Positions 35,269 to 40,788 of a stretch of 40,788 nucleotides of DNA are shown here, piece after piece (position 1 is the first letter of the stretch; every line of letters begins with the position of its first letter). The notes below the pieces were generated by a model, which searched no databases, was not told where the DNA came from, and saw nothing but the letters and a program-made list of their open reading frames with translations. Position numbers and translations under genes: made by a program. The stretch lies in the UHGV virus genome UHGV-1354494; one strand, 5' to 3'. The DNA is from a virus.

Positions 35269-35331
35269 CGCCGGAGGTGATCCAATATCTCCCACGCAGG
35301 GTAAAGCGGAAAAATGAAAGAGAGGTAAGCT

Positions 35332-35535
35332 ATGGCAAACACAGTAGACAAACACGCGGCAAAGATCCCAGGAAACGGAGGATACCTGAAAGAAGGACCG
35401 GATCTGGAGGATAAACAGCCAACACCATTTTTATATGCGTCCCCGTCAGCTGTACCGCATCCGGGAAAGCACCAGAGCGGAACAGGAGGACCAAGTGACC
35501 GGAATAAAAATGGAATTGATGACAGCGAAGAATAG
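35332..35535 (+). CDS. Small disordered hypothetical protein (67 aa).
   Basis: ORF with RBS agagaggtaagctATG between holin and lysin. Low-complexity composition lowers confidence. Confidence 0.3.
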   Translation: MANTVDKHAAKIPGNGGYLKEGPDLEDKQPTPFLYASPSAVPHPGKHQSGTGGPSDRNKNGIDDSEE

Positions 35536-35594
35536 ATGAGAACAGGAGGGGAGGCAGAGGTGCTTTCCCTTTTATGCTAACAGGAGGGATAAAC

Positions 35595-36566
35595 ATGATC
35601 GATAATGCATACGCAAGAGGCCAGAAGCTGTTATGCGGGGATTACAGCCAGTATACTCCCACAGGTAAATCCTATTTTATCAAGAAGTCCAGATGGTTCA
35701 CAGTTCCGCAGAGGGGGGATATCGTTTATTGTTATTACACATCTCTGGGCCGTGTAGGAGAGGTAGGCGCCGCAGTGGTAGTTGATACGGATTACCAGAA
35801 AAAGACCTTCAAATTTGTTTCCATTGAAGGGAACACATCAGGATCCGCAGGAGAGCGCAATGGGGGATGTGTCGCCAAACATACATATGAGGGCACATTT
35901 GACAAAGTGGGAGGTACAAACAAGATCAACGGCTTTGGTCGCCCCGCGTACAGTATGGATACATGCACGGTAGATGAATTTATCCATGTGCTGGAAAATG
36001 AAATGGGGTACATAGAAAAAGCGAGTAACAAGGATCTGGACAGCAAGACAGCAAACCCAGGGGATGCAAACTATACAAAGTACGGAAAATGGTATGGTTA
36101 CACCCCTGCATACTGGTGCCAGCAGTTTATATCCTGGTGCGCATATGAAGCCTGCCGGCAGCACATGGAAAAGACACAGACCGGATGGGAACAACAATCA
36201 GACGGCACCTGGAAGTACCTGAGATACGGTGCATACATCAAGGACGAATGGGAACTGATCAATACAGCGGCTGGCCCTCAATGGTTTGTGTTTGATGGTG
36301 CCGGGACCATGACAACCGGATGGTTTGGATCTGATGATCAGGGGTGGTACTATATGAATCCCGATGACGGGGCCATGCTGGCCGCACAATGGTTCGAGGT
36401 CAATGGAAAGCACTATTATGCAACCAAGACCGGAGAAACAGCAAAGAATGTATATGCGAAGTCAACCGCTCCCGGGATCTACTGCTGGCTGAACGAATCC
36501 GGGGAATGGGAAAAGGAGTGGGATACTACCATGCCTGACCTGCAAACATACGGACTGGCAGAATAG
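35595..36566 (+). CDS. Putative endolysin: N-terminal peptidase-like catalytic region plus C-terminal choline-binding-type (CW_binding_1) repeats.
   Basis: GW....G.WYY repeats (GWFGSDDQGWYYMNPDDGAMLAAQWFEVNGKHYY). Segments GDIVYCYY...FKFVSIEGNTS and YWCQQFISW resemble CHAP/NlpC-type elements. Strong RBS aggaggg 6 nt before the ATG at 35595. The ORF track starts at 35574. Confidence 0.55.
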   Translation: MIDNAYARGQKLLCGDYSQYTPTGKSYFIKKSRWFTVPQRGDIVYCYYTSLGRVGEVGAAVVVDTDYQKKTFKFVSIEGNTSGSAGERNGGCVAKHTYEGTFDKVGGTNKINGFGRPAYSMDTCTVDEFIHVLENEMGYIEKASNKDLDSKTANPGDANYTKYGKWYGYTPAYWCQQFISWCAYEACRQHMEKTQTGWEQQSDGTWKYLRYGAYIKDEWELINTAAGPQWFVFDGAGTMTTGWFGSDDQGWYYMNPDDGAMLAAQWFEVNGKHYYATKTGETAKNVYAKSTAPGIYCWLNESGEWEKEWDTTMPDLQTYGLAE

Positions 36567-36575
36567 GAGGCAGTC

Positions 36576-36947
36576 ATGAGATTGGGTGAATTAATAGAAA
36601 CGGTCATACGGACAAGGGGGAGGCAGTACAGCGAAGATATCATGACTGGCTGGCTGAACGAGATCGAAGGTCAGGTGATTGATGAAGTAATCAACAAGGC
36701 AGAGGGATATGATCTTGAGTTTAAACCAATGACCTACGATCTGGATGCGGAAAGAGAACTGTCTGTACCGGACCGCTTCCAGGATGTCTATATCAACTAT
36801 ATGCTTTCCAAGATTGATTTTCACAATCAGGAAACAGAACGATACAATAATGACGTGGTCATGTACAACAGTGCATATGATGCGTTTGCATCATGGTTCA
36901 AACAGAACCACATGCCAAAGCGCGGGGCCATATTTTCAAGATTTTAG
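36576..36947 (+). CDS. Hypothetical virion protein (123 aa; possible head-tail adaptor).
   Basis: RBS ataggaggcagtcATG. Resumes a run of structural-sized genes after the lysis cassette. Confidence 0.4.
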   Translation: MRLGELIETVIRTRGRQYSEDIMTGWLNEIEGQVIDEVINKAEGYDLEFKPMTYDLDAERELSVPDRFQDVYINYMLSKIDFHNQETERYNNDVVMYNSAYDAFASWFKQNHMPKRGAIFSRF

Positions 36948-36956
36948 GAGGCAGCC

Positions 36957-38522
36957 ATGGGAAGATTACCATACCTGACAACAGCCCCCAAAGAGACCAG
37001 CCGCCAGGTTGGTAACTTCCTGGGGCTGAATACAGGGACCGTAATACAAGAAAACGAATTTGCCGACATGAAAAACATGTCATCCCGGGATTTCCCGGCC
37101 ATCTCCACCCGCAGGACCAGAGGGGAGATCATAAAGACCTTGGGGAAACCACATGGTCTGCATTATAAAAATGGCTTGGCCTATGTGGATGGCGCCGGAC
37201 TGTATTACAAGGATGAGAAGATTGCCGATGTAACCGACACGGACAAGCAGATCATAGGGATAGGAGCGTACCTGGTGGTATTCCCGGACAAGATCATGTA
37301 CAACACATCCACAAAGGAACTGACCAGCCTGGAGGCCAAGTGGACCCAAAGTTCAAACGCCACCTTTGCCCAGACCACCACCGGATCCACTATGGTCAAG
37401 ATCACCTGTACAGGAATTGGGAAAAAATTCAGCCAGTTTGACGGGGTGGAAATCACCGGCTGCACCAATGATGCATTCAATAAAACAACAGTGATCCAGG
37501 AGATCGCAGATAACTATATTGTGATCATAGGTGACCTGGACAAGACGTTTACCCAGGCTTCCGGTCTTTCTATCAGCAGGAAAGTGCCGGATATGGATTA
37601 CATCTGCGAGAATGGGAACCGGGTCTGGGGCTGCTCCAGTGAAAACCATGAGATATATGCAAGTAAGCTGGGGGATCCGGCAAACTGGAATGCGTTTGAA
37701 AGCATCAGCACGGATTCCTACGCAGCCACCATAGGAAGTGATGGAGATTTTACCGGATGCCTGTCCCACATGGGTTACACCCTGTTTTTCAAAGAGGATT
37801 CCATCCATACCATCATGGGAGACAAGCCCAGCAATTTCCAGATCACCACGGTCAGCCCGGCCAGGGGGATTGCAAAGGGCTGCGAGGGCACGGCCTGCGT
37901 GGTGGATGAAACGTTGATCTATGCGGCCCGTAACTGCATATGCAGCTACGATGGGGCAAACCCATCCTCCATATCAGATGTCATAGGGGATAAACGGGTA
38001 TCCCAGGGTGTGGCCGGACAGTATGACGGAAAGTACTATGCATCCCTGGAACGAGATGGGGAATGGGGCCTGTACGTATATGACATGGAAAAATCCCTAT
38101 GGCACAAAGAGGATGACCTTCACATAAGATTCATGGCATATGGCGAAGGAGAATTATATTACATCGATACAGACGGAAACCTGTCAACAATCGCTGGAGA
38201 CCGGCAGGAAACCGTGGAATGGGCCATTGAAAGCGGGGATATGCTGGACGGGAGTGTCGAATACAAACATTTAAAACGACTCCTGTTCCACCTAAAGCTG
38301 GATCCGGGGACAGAGGTGGACGTGCTGTTGAAATATGACGAAGAGAAGGATTGGGAGAAAGCAATTACGTATACTGCATCCTCCTACCGTACCCATGTGC
38401 TCAATATAGTCCCTCGCCGGTGCCAGAAGTACAGATACCGCCTGGAGGGAAGAGGCGCCGCTGCACTGATCGCTATGGGTAAATCCATTGGACTGGGGAG
38501 TGAACGCAATGGCAGTATATAA
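36957..38522 (+). CDS. Virion structural protein (521 aa; tail/tube/nozzle candidate).
   Basis: RBS ttaggaggcagccATG. Large beta-rich protein preceding the fiber genes. Confidence 0.5.
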   Translation: MGRLPYLTTAPKETSRQVGNFLGLNTGTVIQENEFADMKNMSSRDFPAISTRRTRGEIIKTLGKPHGLHYKNGLAYVDGAGLYYKDEKIADVTDTDKQIIGIGAYLVVFPDKIMYNTSTKELTSLEAKWTQSSNATFAQTTTGSTMVKITCTGIGKKFSQFDGVEITGCTNDAFNKTTVIQEIADNYIVIIGDLDKTFTQASGLSISRKVPDMDYICENGNRVWGCSSENHEIYASKLGDPANWNAFESISTDSYAATIGSDGDFTGCLSHMGYTLFFKEDSIHTIMGDKPSNFQITTVSPARGIAKGCEGTACVVDETLIYAARNCICSYDGANPSSISDVIGDKRVSQGVAGQYDGKYYASLERDGEWGLYVYDMEKSLWHKEDDLHIRFMAYGEGELYYIDTDGNLSTIAGDRQETVEWAIESGDMLDGSVEYKHLKRLLFHLKLDPGTEVDVLLKYDEEKDWEKAITYTASSYRTHVLNIVPRRCQKYRYRLEGRGAAALIAMGKSIGLGSERNGSI

Positions 38523-39477
38523 ACCATTGGTATTGGGCAAAGATGAGACAGATATCAACAAGATCATGAATAAGTTGTACCGATTCAGCCGGGACCTTAA
38601 ATTCACCATTGCCAATCTGAGCCTTGAGGATAACATAGACAATTCAGTCCTTGATGTTCTGGATAATAGGGACAATAAAATGCGCCAGATCAGTTTCAGC
38701 GCAGACGGCCTGACCATTGACCTGAAGGACTACGAAACAGGGATGCACACAAGCCTGGAGCAGACCAGTGAGAAGATATCCCTCCTGGTGGATTCCGGGA
38801 GCGTGGTGGAGACCATGCTGTCAAGAATGGAGCTGTACGGTGAATACATCACGCTAAAGACAGGACAGGTCGTCATACAGGCCCAGAATATGTCTTTGGA
38901 CAAGAATGGAAACGCCCGGTTCTCCGGGGATATCATAGGCGGGTCCATCAATATCGGTGGAAAATTCATTGTGGATACGACCGGAAAGTGCTATATAGCC
39001 GGATCGCTGACCACCGAAACCCTGAACCCGCCGGATGGGATCTATGCTGAAGAATTGGAGATATACAATGATAATGATGTGATCAATACGGTCACCGGCA
39101 ATATCGACTGCGGAGATGCCTATATATCAGAAGACCTCACCTGCCGGAGGGTGTACCAGACCTCAGACAGAAGACGTAAACAGGATATCACCCCCATATC
39201 GGAGGAGGCGGCGGCAGAGGCGCTGCGTGCAATCATCCCTGCAAAGTACCGGTTTAGAGACAGCCAAAGGTCGGGAATCGGATGCATTGCCCAGGAAGTA
39301 TACCGGAACGCAGGGGAGACCCTGCCTATGGCCGCAAGGCATGAAGACTGCCTGGTGCTGCCGTACGGCAGCTACGGCGCAGTCTATGCCCGCATGATCC
39401 AGGCCAACCAGCGCCGCATCAATGTCCTGAAACAAGAGGTTAAGAGAAGGAAGGAGGAAACCAGTGTCAAGCTTTAA
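38509..39477 (+). CDS. Tail fiber/spike protein with C-terminal S74 intramolecular-chaperone (auto-cleaving) domain.
   Basis: C-terminus SDRRRKQDI...GCIAQEVYRN...LVLPYGSYGAVYARMIQANQRRINVLKQE matches the endosialidase-chaperone peptidase S74 pattern. The ORF track begins at TTG 38488; ATG 38509 preferred. Confidence 0.7.
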   Translation: MAVYKPLVLGKDETDINKIMNKLYRFSRDLKFTIANLSLEDNIDNSVLDVLDNRDNKMRQISFSADGLTIDLKDYETGMHTSLEQTSEKISLLVDSGSVVETMLSRMELYGEYITLKTGQVVIQAQNMSLDKNGNARFSGDIIGGSINIGGKFIVDTTGKCYIAGSLTTETLNPPDGIYAEELEIYNDNDVINTVTGNIDCGDAYISEDLTCRRVYQTSDRRRKQDITPISEEAAAEALRAIIPAKYRFRDSQRSGIGCIAQEVYRNAGETLPMAARHEDCLVLPYGSYGAVYARMIQANQRRINVLKQEVKRRKEETSVKL

Positions 39478-40405
39478 TATGCCCGCCCTGGGAGGGCAGA
39501 ACCAGGATATCAAGAAAGTGTACAGTTATATCCAGATGCTGAACCGGCAGCTGAGATACAGCCTGTCAAACATCACCCCGGAGGACAACTTCACCCAGGA
39601 ATCCTTCCTCAAATATCAGGAGACCGACACCGCCATCGCGCAGATGGAAATAACCATGAACGGATTCCTGACCCAGTTCAAAGATCTGGAAAATGAACTG
39701 GAGACCAGCATAAAGGTATTAAACGGCCAGATTGCCCTGAAGGTAGCGGCGGGAGACCTGTGCTCAGAGATTTCCGCGACCACGGACACGATCACGTTCA
39801 AATCCGGCTACCTGGTCATAGACAGCAAAAATTTCAAGTTGTACAAAGACGGAACGGCTCAGTTTTCAGGTACGATCAATGGAGGATCCATCAACATCAA
39901 CGACAATTTCATCGTGACCAGCAGCGGAGCCGTTACGACCAAGGCTATCACCTACTCCGGCCAGATCAACGTCAATGGCCTGCTGTATTCCAACTATATG
40001 CGTATCGCCGGGGACGCGAACGTGGAAGGAACCCTGACATGCCGGTACATGAACGCAACTTATGACGTATCATGCGAGGTCTTATACGAACGCTCAGACC
40101 GCAGATTGAAAGAGAACATAGAGGAAATCCCAGATGAGACAGCCTTGTCCCTTGTCCTGGGATTGAAACCGGCCACATTTACCTATAAGGATTCAGGGAT
40201 CAAAGCCATGGGCCTGATCGCCCAGGACCTGGACGAGCTCCAAAAAGAACTCGGGACAGATCTCCCCCTGGTGGACCATAGCGGGGAGTACCTGTCGATC
40301 CCATACAGCACCAACAGCGTCCTTTATGCCGGGGCCATCCGGGCCCAGCAAAAGGAACTGGATCAATTGGAGAAAGAAATCAATGAATTAAAGGAGACAG
40401 TTTAA
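39464..40405 (+). CDS. Second, paralogous tail fiber protein with C-terminal S74 intramolecular-chaperone domain.
   Basis: C-terminus SDRRLKENI...GLIAQDLDEL...SIPYSTNSVLYAGAIRAQQKELDQLEKEI. N-terminal region parallels the preceding gene (NISLEDN/NITPEDN, GGSINI motif). RBS aaggagga plus GTG. Confidence 0.7.
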   Translation: MSSFNMPALGGQNQDIKKVYSYIQMLNRQLRYSLSNITPEDNFTQESFLKYQETDTAIAQMEITMNGFLTQFKDLENELETSIKVLNGQIALKVAAGDLCSEISATTDTITFKSGYLVIDSKNFKLYKDGTAQFSGTINGGSININDNFIVTSSGAVTTKAITYSGQINVNGLLYSNYMRIAGDANVEGTLTCRYMNATYDVSCEVLYERSDRRLKENIEEIPDETALSLVLGLKPATFTYKDSGIKAMGLIAQDLDELQKELGTDLPLVDHSGEYLSIPYSTNSVLYAGAIRAQQKELDQLEKEINELKETV

Positions 40406-40406
40406 A

Positions 40407-40589
40407 ATGATCAAGATCGCGTTTGAAGAGGACAAAATCAATATGGCCCTGATGCTGCTAAATCAGATCAGGGTGGAAGGAGTGCAGCAGGCCGGGTTTT
40501 TGATAAACATTAACAACATCCTGACCAAAGGGGAATGCATAGAAACCCAGGAAGAGGTTAAACCAGAACAGAAAAAGGGGGATAAATAA
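40407..40589 (+). CDS. Small hypothetical protein (60 aa).
   Basis: ORF immediately after fiber 2 (TAAAATG). Confidence 0.35.
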   Translation: MIKIAFEEDKINMALMLLNQIRVEGVQQAGFLININNILTKGECIETQEEVKPEQKKGDK

Positions 40590-40590
40590 G

Positions 40591-40788
40591 ATGGCAGTTG
40601 GAAGCATTGTGGATTACTTAAAAAGCATAGGACAAGACAGCTCCTACAGCAGCCGGAAAAACCTTGCAAGCCAGTATGGGATCAGCAACTATTCCGGCAC
40701 AGCATCCCAGAACACAAACCTGCTTAAGGCCTTGCAAAGCGGCAGCTCACAGGCAGGCAGCACAAACAATAATACAGCCAATGGAGCC
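40591..40788 (+). CDS. 5' part of a virion protein with a short Cpl-7-like (putative peptidoglycan-binding) motif. Runs off the window end and may continue into 1-1140.
   Basis: ATG with RBS aaaggggga. Segment SIGQDSSYSSRKNLASQYGISNYSGTASQNTNLLKAL resembles the CW_7 helix-loop-helix repeat. Ends on a complete codon at 40788, in frame with bases 1-3 and the ORF at 4. Confidence 0.45.
   Translation, partial: MAVGSIVDYLKSIGQDSSYSSRKNLASQYGISNYSGTASQNTNLLKALQSGSSQAGSTNNNTANGA

Overview
The window reads as a near-complete, possibly circularly permuted, temperate phage genome (or prophage) of a Firmicutes/Clostridia-type host. The host assignment rests on AGGAGG-type RBSs, a phage-encoded Prp (ribosomal-processing cysteine protease) homolog, a phiLC3/XhlB-type holin and a lysin with choline-binding-type repeats. 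Almost all genes are on the + strand. In order: (1) a Y/Q/S-rich virion protein running in from the window edge (1-1140), then a giant 2691-aa multidomain protein (1150-9225) with Gly/Ala-zipper hydrophobic segments and an HExxH zincin motif; (2) a lysogeny and early region holding a large serine recombinase (10027-11625, minus strand), an XRE-family repressor, an AT-rich moron encoding a membrane-anchored protein, a Rha-type antirepressor, many small ORFs, a double-HTH regulator, DUF551, a PP-loop ATPase-like protein and a small DPPH-motif methyltransferase; (3) a second integration module with a tRNA/tmRNA-like 3' fragment (attP candidate), a tyrosine integrase and a HUH rolling-circle Rep; (4) a late region with TerS, TerL, portal, Prp protease, scaffold and major capsid, where scaffold and capsid share an N-terminal LNLRLFDG propeptide motif, then a fiber-like protein with 84-bp in-frame tandem repeats, a tandem DUF2829 (Tad2-like) protein, a PBSX-like lysis cassette, further structural proteins and two paralogous tail fibers with C-terminal S74 intramolecular-chaperone domains. 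Non-coding features include a 5x23-bp tandem stem-loop array with compensatory stem changes upstream of the scaffold gene, a 29-bp element repeated upstream of TerS and of the scaffold gene (candidate late promoter), a 47-bp imperfect palindrome directly upstream of the serine recombinase gene (attP candidate), and several terminator hairpins. No rRNA, complete tRNA or CRISPR array was found. No tail tube, sheath or tape-measure gene is recognisable, so if the window is the whole genome the virion is probably short-tailed.
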